From assembly GCA_964599275.1 (NCBI GenBank), contig CAZRFK010000002.1, positions 95-64,094 of the forward strand: DNA of 64,000 nt. Direction: 5' to 3'. The first letter of the stretch is position 1, and each line of letters opens with the position of its first letter. This DNA comes from an uncultured Clostridia bacterium. GTDB taxonomy: Bacteria; Bacillota; Sulfobacillia; SLMV01. This document shows, one piece after another, positions 1-9,809 of this stretch. Below the pieces are notes generated by a model. It searched no databases. It was given only the letters and a program-made list of their open reading frames with translations, and was not told the origin of the DNA. A program made the translations under genes and the position numbers.

Positions 1-2
1 TG

Positions 3-353
3 GTGAATGAGGAACGGGAAGAACACGGACTTAAACCTCTGAAGTTAGATCCTGCTCTTGTTGAGTTGGCTCGGGCCAAGACATGGGATATGCTGGAGTA
101 CAACTACTTCTCCCATAATTCTCCCAACTACGGTTCTGTTTATGATATGTACCGCTCTGCAGGTATACCTTTTACCTACGGAGGAGAGAACCTGGCAAAA
201 GCTGGTAATATATGGGTGGTGCATTATAGATTAATGGATAGCGCTGGCCATCGCCGAAATATCCTCCATCCCGACTTCACACATATAGGAATTGGTGTGA
301 TGCGTGGAGATCCTTCCGGCGTTATAGTCACGCAGATGTTTGTCGGACGCTGA
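3..353 (+). CDS. CAP/SCP (YkwD-like) domain protein, 5'-truncated by window edge
   Basis: C-terminal motif pattern (HYTQ/NIL..DFTHIGIG) typical of CAP/PR-1 YkwD proteins; ORF runs off the window start. Confidence 0.6.
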   Translation: MNEEREEHGLKPLKLDPALVELARAKTWDMLEYNYFSHNSPNYGSVYDMYRSAGIPFTYGGENLAKAGNIWVVHYRLMDSAGHRRNILHPDFTHIGIGVMRGDPSGVIVTQMFVGR

Positions 354-831
354 GATATTGTTTTCTGTACAATAACAACAGTTCATACCGAGCCTCACTC
401 CAACCTGTATTTTTTGGGGTGGGGCTTTTACAGTGTGCCTCCTAAGTAAATACCGCAACCTGAGCAGCGACGGACCGGCAGGAGCAGTGGCCAAAAACCC
501 TAGAGACGCGACTGGGATCGCCGTGAAGATAGGGACCAAAGAGCGCTGGAGTGCTTTGAGAGAAGGCTGGTGAGCGTAATGATACTTACTCACTGCTATG
601 GGGCAACGACTATGGAAAGATGGAAAGCCGCTTACGGGAAATCCGTACGCGCGGTCTGATGAGGTGCCCCAGCTCCAGCAATGAAACTGGGGTTGGTCGT
701 ACACTATTAAACATCCCTCCTTAACTGCGCATATCATGAGTATGGTTGATGGCAATTACATTCACAAAAATCCACCCTGAATATTACAAGCTATAGCAAG
801 TTGACGCGAACAACACAGGGAGGAATAGGAT

Positions 832-1638
832 ATGAAACAGAAGGTGTTCTGGCAGGGAAACCGGATTGAAGAGTTGGAAAAGCACATGTCCCCTGATGCT
901 GCAGTGGTGTTATGGTTTGTAGTTCAAACTTTTGGTGGTGAAGTAGTCTGGGATCGACATAAGCAGCGCATAGATATCATTATTCAGCAGCCGGATGAAG
1001 AAAAGGGTCTGTTCGCTGAACTAGGTGAACTGTTGGGGTTTTCTGCTGACACGGAAGTACAGGGATTATTTGATACCTCAGAAGACATTGATTCACCGCC
1101 CGCAGAGCTGCTGTCGCTGCTACATCGCACTTATCTGCAATCTGGCGGCGGAGAAAATCTGAGAAGTTCGCAGTTAAATGTGCAATCGGTACTACAAGAT
1201 CAATTAGGGACAGCGGGCGTTCAGATGCCAGATAGGTCCGGCAAGCCCAGTAATCCTGTGAGTGAGCTTCATAAGGATGAAGAATGGGAAAAAGCGAAGT
1301 CAGAGGCTCAGCAGCAAATTGAGATAAAGGATGAAAAAGATACTGAAATGCCTTCCGAGCAGGCTTCAGACGATACTGACGAGGACGAATGCGAAGATAG
1401 TGAACGACGAGGACCAGAGCAACCAGAGCACAAAGATTCTTCAGTGCAGCTATCTGTCAGTTATAAGCCATTTTACGGTTCATCTTCACGCAGTAGTGGA
1501 AGGAAAGAGTGGGAAGCACGGATTGGTTCTCAGCCTGGACATCTTTCACCAGAGGAAATATTCTCCGAAGAAATAGAGATGCTGCAGAAATACCGCCCAG
1601 AGTCAAAACGCAGTTCGAAAAGAGGTGGTAACGAGTAG
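832..1638 (+). CDS. hypothetical protein with strongly acidic Glu/Asp/Ser-rich C-terminal half
   Basis: 268-aa ORF, AGGGAGG RBS 6 nt upstream of ATG; no recognisable domain; low-complexity acidic tail. Confidence 0.5.
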   Translation: MKQKVFWQGNRIEELEKHMSPDAAVVLWFVVQTFGGEVVWDRHKQRIDIIIQQPDEEKGLFAELGELLGFSADTEVQGLFDTSEDIDSPPAELLSLLHRTYLQSGGGENLRSSQLNVQSVLQDQLGTAGVQMPDRSGKPSNPVSELHKDEEWEKAKSEAQQQIEIKDEKDTEMPSEQASDDTDEDECEDSERRGPEQPEHKDSSVQLSVSYKPFYGSSSRSSGRKEWEARIGSQPGHLSPEEIFSEEIEMLQKYRPESKRSSKRGGNE

Positions 1639-1771
1639 ACTTCGCATTGACCACCAGAGAAGAAAAAGTTTCCATCATGTGCCCGCGCCAGATGTATCTG
1701 GCCGGGCATAATTTTTTTGCCTGGTAGCAAACTACATTTGAGAATGCTTTTGTCAATGAGGAGGGGTATAA

Positions 1772-2491
1772 GTGCTTTTCAGGTTAAAGGACAAAAAACA
1801 AGCAAGAGTTTCACTGGCTTTGTGTCTTGTGATTTTTTTGTTGGGTGTTTTGATTGTGGTTTCGCAGGCAGACAACGTTCAAGCTCAGGGTCGACCTACT
1901 TTGTACTGGGGCTCACGTGGACAAGCAGTACGAGAAGTGCAAAGTCGGCTTTCCCAGTGGGGGTATTATCATGGAGGCATTGATGGAGTGTTCGGGGCGC
2001 AGACCTCGCAAGCAGTCCAGCTGTTTCAGAGACGAAATGGTCTGACTGTTGACGGAATAGTTGGGTCGCAGACCTATGCAGCTCTGGGGTTGACTGGTGG
2101 AACCCCTGCTTATACCAGTTCCAGCAGTGGAGTCTCCAGGAGTGATGACATTGATCTGCTGGCCCGCACAGTTTCCGGTGAGGCCAGGGGCGAACCTTAC
2201 ACCGGTCAGGTTGCAGTGGCAGCGGTTATCCTGAATAGAGTTCGCAGCTCTTCATTTCCCAACACTTTGAGTGGTGTGGTCTATCAACCCCTGGCTTTTG
2301 AAGCAGCTTCGGACGGGCAGATATGGATGCAGCCGACAGAAAACGCTTATCGGGCAGCACGGGATGCCCTGAACGGATGGGATCCCACACACGGATGCCT
2401 TTATTTTTGGAATCCCTATAAACAGGTTAATCCCTGGGTATGGACCAGACAAATAGTGACGCAGTTTGGGCAACATGTTTTCGCTAGATAA
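1772..2491 (+). CDS. sleB: spore cortex-lytic enzyme SleB (signal peptide + PG-binding domain + hydrolase_2)
   Basis: GTG start after GAGGAGG; PG_binding_1 motif (GxxGxxVxxLQxxL..DGxFG) and C-terminal block GEARGEPYxGQVAVAAVILNRV..FPNT.SGV...AF.....GQI.......A..A...A..GWDPT...YF.NP.......W almost identical to B. subtilis SleB. Confidence 0.88.
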   Translation: MLFRLKDKKQARVSLALCLVIFLLGVLIVVSQADNVQAQGRPTLYWGSRGQAVREVQSRLSQWGYYHGGIDGVFGAQTSQAVQLFQRRNGLTVDGIVGSQTYAALGLTGGTPAYTSSSSGVSRSDDIDLLARTVSGEARGEPYTGQVAVAAVILNRVRSSSFPNTLSGVVYQPLAFEAASDGQIWMQPTENAYRAARDALNGWDPTHGCLYFWNPYKQVNPWVWTRQIVTQFGQHVFAR

Positions 2492-2523
2492 CATGACCAT
2501 AAGAATAAGGAGGAGCAAAACCA

Positions 2524-3963
2524 TTGAGTCAGAATAATAATCATTCTGAACAGGACCCTGATGTCCGATCGGACAAGTACTGGCGAATAATTACAGCTGT
2601 TTTGCTTTTGGTGCTGATGATGACTGGTGCATGGGCGTATGGGCAGCACCGCGCTTACAGACAGGCGCAGAACTTCCTGGAAGGAGACAGACAAAGAGCT
2701 TTTTATTCACTTCTGAGCAGCATTGAAGAACTTGAAATAGAACTTGGCAAGGCACAGGCTGCAGGAAGCCCTGCTCAGCTGGTTGAAAAGCTGACACTGG
2801 CCCACCAAAGGTCTGATGAAGCAGCCAGCGAGTTGGGCAACATTCCTATGAGTCATACGACTCTGATAAATACGGGGGCGTTTTTAACCCAGATGGGAGA
2901 TTACTGCTTCTCTCTCATGCGGTCAGTGGTGCAGGGTCGTATGCTAACTGCTCAGGAAAGGGAGCAGATTGCAGATCTACATGTTCATGTAAGTGAACTC
3001 GGTCAATCGCTGCATCAGCTGCGGGAACGGCTGCAGGAAGAGGGATACCGATGGAGCAGGATGCAGGCTGCCCAGCTGAATGTCGGTGGTCCGAATCCTG
3101 AAGATCCAGGATTTGAACATCTTCAGCAGATCGATGAAGATATGCAGGAGGTACCCAGTTTAATATACGATGGTCCGTTTTCTGATCATGTGCTCGAGGC
3201 GGAACCGGAGGGGCTAACCGGGGCTGAGATAGAGGAGGAAAGGGCCCGGGCTTTGGCGCGGGATATCATGCAGGCTGTCGATGATGAGACCGATTTTGCA
3301 TTCGAAAAAGTTGGTGAGGCCCGCGGTGATTTTGCTTCCTATACTTTTATGGCAGAGTCTGAACGGGACACTTATTGGCTTGACATATCCAAAAAGGGTG
3401 GACATTTGATGTGGTTAAACAGTGAACCCATTGACGCCGAACAGCAGCAGGCCCAAGCAGAAGTTGCCGGCAGGCGGGGGATATCCGTAAAAGAGGCCAA
3501 AGAAATTGCTGAGTCTTTTGTCAGGGAAACCGGTTACAGCAACATGCAGGCGCATTCTGCTTTCGTTGAAGGTGAACGGATTGTCACAAATCTTGTGTTA
3601 AATCAAGACGATGTGATGATCTATCCTGATCAGGTAAAGGTAATGGTGTCAAGTGACAACGGCAGCATACTGGCCATGGATGCTACTCCATTTCTGGAAA
3701 CAAACAAACCTCGCTCCCTTCCGGAGCCTTCAATGGATATGCAGGAGGCAAAAAACCAGATAAATCCCATGCTGTCCCTAGCAGAGAGACTCGAACCCCA
3801 ACTGGCCCTCATTGAACGAGATGATTTATCAGAGGTTTTGTGTTGGGAAATTTCAGCCCAGCTGGGTGATAATGAGTTTTTGGTATATATCAATGTCCTG
3901 ACCGGCACCGAAGAAGATATTCTACAGCTGATTGAAGTCGAGGGGGGCTATTTGACCGAGTGA
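2524..3963 (+). CDS. ypeB: germination protein YpeB (SleB partner; N-terminal TM, PepSY-like repeats)
   Basis: TTG start 9 nt after AGGAGG, immediately downstream of sleB; N-terminal TM; overall architecture and length (479 aa) as YpeB. Confidence 0.78.
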   Translation: MSQNNNHSEQDPDVRSDKYWRIITAVLLLVLMMTGAWAYGQHRAYRQAQNFLEGDRQRAFYSLLSSIEELEIELGKAQAAGSPAQLVEKLTLAHQRSDEAASELGNIPMSHTTLINTGAFLTQMGDYCFSLMRSVVQGRMLTAQEREQIADLHVHVSELGQSLHQLRERLQEEGYRWSRMQAAQLNVGGPNPEDPGFEHLQQIDEDMQEVPSLIYDGPFSDHVLEAEPEGLTGAEIEEERARALARDIMQAVDDETDFAFEKVGEARGDFASYTFMAESERDTYWLDISKKGGHLMWLNSEPIDAEQQQAQAEVAGRRGISVKEAKEIAESFVRETGYSNMQAHSAFVEGERIVTNLVLNQDDVMIYPDQVKVMVSSDNGSILAMDATPFLETNKPRSLPEPSMDMQEAKNQINPMLSLAERLEPQLALIERDDLSEVLCWEISAQLGDNEFLVYINVLTGTEEDILQLIEVEGGYLTE

Positions 3964-3973
3964 TGTATCTGGG

Positions 3974-4777
3974 TCAACGGGGACTGTCAGCATCATCCAA
4001 AGGAATTTGTTGTCCCCTGTGGTCAATTTCATAGGGTGGGCAATGTAAAAGATCGGAAACTGTGACAGCAGTGTAATCGTTATCTTCTAGGAATTGTAAA
4101 ATCGTTGGGAGTGCTTCGGGAGTGTGTTTGGCATTGTTGTGGAACAGGATAATGGCGCCAGGGTGTACTAGCGTGGTTACGCGGTTAACAATGTAATCTG
4201 CGGAGATATCTTCTTTCCAGTCCAGACTGTCCACACTCCACTGTATCGTGGTGAGCCCCAGTTCGTCTTCTGCTGTCTGCAGCAGGTTGTCATCATAGGC
4301 GCCAAATGGGGGACGAAACAGCTGGGGCTCGGCTTTGGAACAAATGGCCTGCAGCTTTTCCTGGTTTTTGGTCAGATCGGTTTTTATTTGGTCCGAACTT
4401 AAGGTGGCCATATCCTCATGTCCGGCTGAATGAAGACCGATCTCGTGTCCATGCTCAAAGATGCTGCGGGTCTCTTCAGGATAGTCCTCCATCCAGATGT
4501 TGGTCAAAAAAAAGGTTACCTGGACATCCTTTTCTTCCAGAACGGATAACAGAGTGGGGGTGTGTTCAGCTCCCCATGTGGCATCGAAAGTCAATGCTAC
4601 CTCGCGCCTTCCAGTGCTTACTGAATAAATTGGAAGTCTATCACCGGATGGTGAGGTGATTTCTACCACTGGAAGGGCTGGAGCACTCAGCACCATATAG
4701 GTCAGTGAACCCAGCAGTGCCAGTATTAACAAAGCTGCGATCAACATATGAACGCGACGAATGATAATAAGACGCAT
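3974..4777 (-). CDS. polysaccharide deacetylase (NodB domain), PdaA/PdaB-like sporulation deacetylase
   Basis: NodB motifs (TFDD-like LTFDATWG, HSxxH as GLHSAGHED, final LFHNN); ATG at 4777 preceded by GGGAGGT; signal/TM N-terminus. Confidence 0.75.
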   Translation of the reverse strand: MRLIIIRRVHMLIAALLILALLGSLTYMVLSAPALPVVEITSPSGDRLPIYSVSTGRREVALTFDATWGAEHTPTLLSVLEEKDVQVTFFLTNIWMEDYPEETRSIFEHGHEIGLHSAGHEDMATLSSDQIKTDLTKNQEKLQAICSKAEPQLFRPPFGAYDDNLLQTAEDELGLTTIQWSVDSLDWKEDISADYIVNRVTTLVHPGAIILFHNNAKHTPEALPTILQFLEDNDYTAVTVSDLLHCPPYEIDHRGQQIPLDDADSPR

Positions 4778-4908
4778 TTTTGTTACCTCCCGGCAGGGTC
4801 TTCTGTGCACAGATGTTATTAATAGATATGTGGAAGAAGTACGTACCATTCGTTATTATTTTTAGGGTTGTGAAGGAACCTGAGGGGGGAAAGTTGAAAG
4901 CTAAATAA

Positions 4909-5457
4909 ATGAGACAGATTCCAACTGGGGGTGAAAATGTGAAATGTTTTTCCGAGTTGATGCGTAAACGACGAAGTGTTCGAAGTTTTTCAGATGAGCC
5001 GGTATCCTCTGAGGATGTTGAGGCTGTGCTGCAGGCAGGCCGTCTTGCTCCATCTGCCAGCAACCGGCAGCCGTGGCATTTTATTGTTATCAGGGATGCG
5101 AACCGACGGGAAAAGCTTGCCGAAATTTGCGGTGGACAGGAGTTTGTTGGGGAAGCTCCGGTGATTATTGTGCCTGTAGCTACCGAACCTGATAGAGTGA
5201 TGACCTGTGAGATTCCTGCTTATGCTGTGGATTTGTCCATCGCAGTGACACAGATGATTCTAGAGGCTGCTGAGCGCGATCTTGGAACCTGCTGGATTGG
5301 CTATTTCAACCAGGATGAAGCCAAAGAGATATTAGAAGTCCCTCAGCAGTACAAGGTATTCACCGTGCTCCCGTTAGGTCACCCTGCAGATGAGCCGAAG
5401 GACAAGAATCGCAAGGCTCTGGAGGATATAGTCAGCTACGAGACCTTCGGGAATTAG
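4909..5457 (+). CDS. nitroreductase family protein (start may instead be GTG at 4939)
   Basis: RRSVRSF...PSASNRQPWHFIVI motif typical of NADH/FMN nitroreductases. Confidence 0.8.
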   Translation: MRQIPTGGENVKCFSELMRKRRSVRSFSDEPVSSEDVEAVLQAGRLAPSASNRQPWHFIVIRDANRREKLAEICGGQEFVGEAPVIIVPVATEPDRVMTCEIPAYAVDLSIAVTQMILEAAERDLGTCWIGYFNQDEAKEILEVPQQYKVFTVLPLGHPADEPKDKNRKALEDIVSYETFGN

Positions 5458-5469
5458 AAAGGGAGTTAA

Positions 5470-6453
5470 ATGAGCAATAACGAAAGAGTGGGGCCCTACA
5501 TCAGCGAACTTTCGGCAGGACAGAGGGTCAGGGGGATTTATGGTGTGCAGAAAAAGCAGCTGCGTTCCTTTCGTGATCCAAACAAAGGACATTATCTGGA
5601 CTTGAAACTTGGAGATCTGAGCGGTTCTCTATCAGCTCGCGTCTGGGAGGATGCTCGTTCGCTGACGAATATGTTTGACGAAGGGGATGTTGTCTGTGTA
5701 CGCGGTACGGTTCAAGTGTACAGGGGGGAAAATCAGCTGACCATTGATGAAATCAGCAAGGTTGAAGCAGAGACCGTTTCTGCAGAGCGTTTTATCCCCA
5801 AAAGTCCGCGCTGTCAGCAGAAGATGCAGGAAGAGCTGTGGCAGCATATTGAATGTATTGAGGATTCACATCTGGCCGAGCTTTTGAGTCGAATGTTTGG
5901 TGATCCAGATTTTTACCGACAATATACACTCAAGCCTGCCGCTAAACAGGTGCACCACGGGTATTTGCATGGTTTATTAGAGCATTCTCTGGAGGTGGCT
6001 AATCTGGCTGCACACCATGCCCCCCAACGGGAGGAGCTCAATACTGATTTACTTTTGGCCGGTGCAATACTCCATGATGTGGGTAAGATCGAGGAATTAA
6101 AATGCACTGGAAGTATCCAGTACAGTGAGAATGGCCGCCTTTTGGGGCATGTGGCCATTGGATACAGGATAGTAAGTTCAGCTGTTGATGAAATGGATGA
6201 TTTCCCTGCACCGTTGAGCAGACACCTGAAACATTTAATCCTTTCTCATCATGGAGAACAAGAATATGGAGCACCGGTTGTGCCGCAAACTCGTGAGGCG
6301 GTAGTTCTGCATCAGGCAGACCTTTACAGTGGGAGGGCAGCCCAGGTTGCAGTAGCCAGTGAACATGCCCGCAGGAAAGGGGAGAGTTGGTCCGACTACG
6401 ACCGTCTATTGGAACGGTATATCTGGATTCCGGAAAACAAGACTCAGGACTGA
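5470..6453 (+). CDS. yhaM: 3'-5' exoribonuclease YhaM-like (OB-fold + HD domain)
   Basis: N-terminal OB-fold region and HD motif (HSLEVANLA...ILHDVGK...HH) at YhaM length (327 aa). Confidence 0.7.
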   Translation: MSNNERVGPYISELSAGQRVRGIYGVQKKQLRSFRDPNKGHYLDLKLGDLSGSLSARVWEDARSLTNMFDEGDVVCVRGTVQVYRGENQLTIDEISKVEAETVSAERFIPKSPRCQQKMQEELWQHIECIEDSHLAELLSRMFGDPDFYRQYTLKPAAKQVHHGYLHGLLEHSLEVANLAAHHAPQREELNTDLLLAGAILHDVGKIEELKCTGSIQYSENGRLLGHVAIGYRIVSSAVDEMDDFPAPLSRHLKHLILSHHGEQEYGAPVVPQTREAVVLHQADLYSGRAAQVAVASEHARRKGESWSDYDRLLERYIWIPENKTQD

Positions 6454-6465
6454 AGGGATGATATT

Positions 6466-7380
6466 TTGGTCAGCTCAACCGAGAATGGCCTTATAAATAT
6501 TTACACAAGAATTTGCGAAGTGCTGGCTGTTATTTATATGGCAGCGTACACTGGAGTGCAGGGTCGCATAGCTGTTGTATCTTATTATGGTGGTCATCCG
6601 ACAGCTGAAGGTATGGTCTTGGTGCGGAGTGTGGCCGTTGCATTTTTTCTGATGATGTTCTTTTACTGTGCAACAAAATGGCGGAGAGACGGCGGATTCT
6701 GGTCTCTTACCTTGACCTTGGCTTTTGCTATTCAGGTGTTTTCCAGCGCTTTGCAACTGATACTTTATACGCAGGGAACTCATTTGCCTCATAACTGGGT
6801 TCAAATGGCGGATATGTTCTCCGGACCGGTGGCCAGCATCTATCTTTGGTCTCTATTTCTATACTCATTATTCGTCATCCGTAGAGATATATCGGGTACC
6901 AATGCGGCGGTTTCTGAGTCTGATGATGGGTTGGAATCTCAAAATATCATCAAACTTCGAGTGAGTCCCTTTACCACCTTGCTGACAGTACTACTGATTG
7001 TGATTGTTCCCGTTCTGGTTTATCTTTCAGTGAACGGATTAATAGTTTGGCCGGTATCAGATCACCTGAGAACGTTTGCAGAAACGTGGGGTGTAGCCTT
7101 AAGCTTTTTAATTTTTGTTGGATACCTGCTGCTGCACAGAAACCTGGCCAGATCTGTGACCAGGTATATTACATTAGTTTTTGCTCTGGGAACTCTTCAC
7201 TCTGCGTCAAATCTGGTTGTATCTTCACCGCAGCTTGGGCAGATTGTTCCCTCCTGGCAGATCAGAATAGTACTTGTTACTCTTGTGAATATGATTCCAA
7301 TAGTACAGGTTTATTTCTGGCTGCAGGCAGGATTAACTGCTGATTCTGACAGCAGGCAGAGTGCGGAAACAGCTGAATGA
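6466..7380 (+). CDS. hypothetical polytopic membrane protein
   Basis: Multiple hydrophobic helices, TTG start with weak RBS; no recognisable family. Confidence 0.45.
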   Translation: MVSSTENGLINIYTRICEVLAVIYMAAYTGVQGRIAVVSYYGGHPTAEGMVLVRSVAVAFFLMMFFYCATKWRRDGGFWSLTLTLAFAIQVFSSALQLILYTQGTHLPHNWVQMADMFSGPVASIYLWSLFLYSLFVIRRDISGTNAAVSESDDGLESQNIIKLRVSPFTTLLTVLLIVIVPVLVYLSVNGLIVWPVSDHLRTFAETWGVALSFLIFVGYLLLHRNLARSVTRYITLVFALGTLHSASNLVVSSPQLGQIVPSWQIRIVLVTLVNMIPIVQVYFWLQAGLTADSDSRQSAETAE

Positions 7381-7395
7381 GACGTACTGTTTCAT

Positions 7396-7848
7396 CTAGT
7401 TTTGCAGCAGGAACCAGGTTCCCACAGCCAACAGAAGAATTCCGATCAAGTGTTGCACCGAAAATGAAACCTCCTCCAGGCGGAATAGTCCCAGGTGGTC
7501 GATAAATGTTGCAGTGATGATCTGGCTGACAATTATTGCTGTGGTGGCTGGTGCTGCTCCGCTTTCAGCGATACTGAAGGCCACAGCGCCGATAATGGCC
7601 ACTCCAATAATGCCGCCCAGGTAGCTGTGCCAGGGAGCGCTGGTTAAACGAACCCAGTTCAAGGTCTCGGTCTGTTTAAAGACCTGAAAAAGTACAATGA
7701 TACCTGCCGTTATTGTACCTATGATATGTACTATCAGCGTGGCCGGCATCAAGGAAACTTCTCGCTGTAGCAAGGAGTTTAATCCTCCCTGCCAGGCCAT
7801 CAGACTCCCGGCCACCGCTGCAATTATCAACGGGTAATATTCATTCAT
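7396..7848 (-). CDS. DMT-superfamily small membrane transporter (DUF606/YdcZ-like)
   Basis: 150-aa protein with 5 TM helices and the Gly/Ala-rich pattern of DUF606 proteins. Confidence 0.55.
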   Translation of the reverse strand: MNEYYPLIIAAVAGSLMAWQGGLNSLLQREVSLMPATLIVHIIGTITAGIIVLFQVFKQTETLNWVRLTSAPWHSYLGGIIGVAIIGAVAFSIAESGAAPATTAIIVSQIITATFIDHLGLFRLEEVSFSVQHLIGILLLAVGTWFLLQN

Positions 7849-7902
7849 GGTATCATTTAGAATACCCTAACAAACCATTTTTTATATAAGGTGGCGAGGT
7901 AA

Positions 7903-8808
7903 ATGACATATTGGGCAGTGGGCACGTGTTCCTGGGCCGATGAAAGCATGGTAAAGAGTTGGTATCCAAAAGAATATCGTTCTTCTGAAAACAGGCTGCA
8001 GTATTACAGTACATATTTTGATACAGTAGAGGTTGATTCCACATTTTATGCTCTGCCGAAAGCGGAGTACTGTGCGAGATGGGATCAATCGACACCAGAT
8101 GATTTTGTTTTTCACATAAAAGCTTTTGGTTTGATGACCGACCACTCAGTTCAGCCTTCTCGTCTTCCCCCCAAATTGAGGGAGTATAATTATGAATTGA
8201 CCCGGTTTGGTAATGTAAAAAATCCTCCACCCAGGATGATAAGAGAATCTTTTGATTTGTTCGTAAAAGCTATTGAGCCTATCCGTAGCGCGGGCAAATT
8301 GGGGGTTGTGCTGTTTCAGTTTCCTCCCTATTTTACTGCGACCAGCCGGCAGGAAATCAGAAGGAATTTAGCGTGGATTCGCAGGAGCAGAGAGCTGATG
8401 GCAGGGTACGACCTGGCGGTCGAGTTTCGACACAGCTCCTGGAGTAAATCACCTACACGTGGTAAATTGCTGAGGTTTTTGCGGCAGGAAGGATTATCAC
8501 TGGTCTCTGTTGATGAGCCGCAGACCGGTCAGCGCAGTTTTCCAAAATTGATCGAGTCAACCGGCCGCTACGGCTATATCAGGTTCCATGGTCGGAACAG
8601 GGCAAATTGGAACCGCCGCACTGCAAGTGCGGCTGAACGATTTAAATACCGTTACAGTGAAGATGAACTGAGGGAGTGGGTGGATGATGTGGCACACCTT
8701 TGTGATGCTACGGACAAAACATTTGTAATGTTCAATAATTGTTATGCCGATTACGCTCCGACAAATGCACTGGATATGAAGAATATTCTGCTTGACGAGA
8801 ATTTGTGA
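7903..8808 (+). CDS. DUF72 family protein (YecE-like)
   Basis: N-terminal GTCSWAD..WYP..Y..YF.TVEVDSTFYA pattern characteristic of DUF72. Confidence 0.75.
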   Translation: MTYWAVGTCSWADESMVKSWYPKEYRSSENRLQYYSTYFDTVEVDSTFYALPKAEYCARWDQSTPDDFVFHIKAFGLMTDHSVQPSRLPPKLREYNYELTRFGNVKNPPPRMIRESFDLFVKAIEPIRSAGKLGVVLFQFPPYFTATSRQEIRRNLAWIRRSRELMAGYDLAVEFRHSSWSKSPTRGKLLRFLRQEGLSLVSVDEPQTGQRSFPKLIESTGRYGYIRFHGRNRANWNRRTASAAERFKYRYSEDELREWVDDVAHLCDATDKTFVMFNNCYADYAPTNALDMKNILLDENL

Positions 8809-8880
8809 GAATGCTCAGGCAGTACAGTACATATTTCTTGATTGAGACCTAACCATTGTGAATTTGAAGGAAGGATATCC

Positions 8881-9708
8881 ATGTGGACCTTGATTGGAAG
8901 ACGTGTAGGAATTATCTTTGTGATAATCATAGCCTGGATATTTATTTGGGGTCACCAGGGCTGTCTTTTACCTTCTGCCACCTACCATCTGCGCGGATTA
9001 TGGTTTAATGAGAGGTCTATTGAGGATGGTTGGGGATACATTCCTGTGGATGACTCTTATTTACAGAAAAGGGTGGATGGATTGCGTTGGTCCGGTGATG
9101 GTCCCAGCGGGATATCTGTAACTATCAATGCGGCATCGCGTCGACTACGCCTGTGGTGGGGCAGCAGTGTTGTATTCAACAAGCCGATTGCAGTGGGTAA
9201 GCCCAGCACTCCCACTCCGCTGGGAGTTTGGATGATCACCGGTAAAGGTGCCTGGGGCGGTGCTTTTGGTGCCAGATGGAATCATCTGAGCATTCCCTGG
9301 GGGGTGTATGGCATTCACGGCACCAATCGGCCTGGTTCAGTAGGCCGGAGGGCATCTGCCGGCTGTGTTCGCATGTTTAACCGCGATGTAATTGAATTGT
9401 ATCGAAGGGTTCCGGTGGGGACTGAGGTGGTGATCACAGGTTCTCCCGGTGTCAAGTTTGGAGAAACAGAACGTGAGTTAAACTATTCTGACCGCGGTGG
9501 TGATATTATGCAGCTGCAGAGAGTTCTGGCTTCCCAGAATCTTTACCACAAAAATATTGATGGAGTATATGGAGCAGGTACCAAAGAAGCGGTTCAGAGA
9601 TACCAGGAGAAGAAATCCCTGGAATCTTCCGGAATTGTACATCAAGATTTGTGGAGGGAACTTGGACTGGATGAGTTTGGAAGTGACATTTCTGATCTTC
9701 CGCGGTGA
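8881..9708 (+). CDS. L,D-transpeptidase (YkuD domain) with C-terminal peptidoglycan-binding domain
   Basis: Catalytic block HGT.....G...SAGCVRM; C-terminal PG_binding_1 repeat (LQRVLA...DGVYGAGT..AVQ.YQ); RBS GAAGGAAGGA before ATG 8881; N-terminal TM. Confidence 0.8.
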   Translation: MWTLIGRRVGIIFVIIIAWIFIWGHQGCLLPSATYHLRGLWFNERSIEDGWGYIPVDDSYLQKRVDGLRWSGDGPSGISVTINAASRRLRLWWGSSVVFNKPIAVGKPSTPTPLGVWMITGKGAWGGAFGARWNHLSIPWGVYGIHGTNRPGSVGRRASAGCVRMFNRDVIELYRRVPVGTEVVITGSPGVKFGETERELNYSDRGGDIMQLQRVLASQNLYHKNIDGVYGAGTKEAVQRYQEKKSLESSGIVHQDLWRELGLDEFGSDISDLPR

Positions 9709-9809
9709 ACTGGGGAGGATATTGATGACTTGAGGCGAAAATGACAGTAAGTAGCTTTATGTTTTGTGTTCTGCATTTTTGCATTTTGTCAAAAAAGGGA
9801 GGCTGTTGT

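Noticed and set aside
470-500. GGCAGGAGCAGTGGCC, whose reverse complement contains GCCACTG (reminiscent of a cobalamin riboswitch B12 box)
   Set aside because: The orientation is antisense to any downstream gene, the rest of the cobalamin consensus is absent, and the + strand sequence does not match the B12 box
650-700. CTGATGA ... GAAAC arrangement reminiscent of a hammerhead ribozyme core
   Set aside because: The 20 nt between CUGAUGA and GAAA cannot form a stem II hairpin, and no stem I/III pairing was found; the heptamer is expected by chance several times in 64 kb
231-755. 174-aa minus-strand ORF spanning the CAP gene 3' end and the long spacer
   Set aside because: Overlaps a well-supported + strand gene, has no RBS and no recognisable domain, and sits in a GC-rich region where long spurious ORFs are expected
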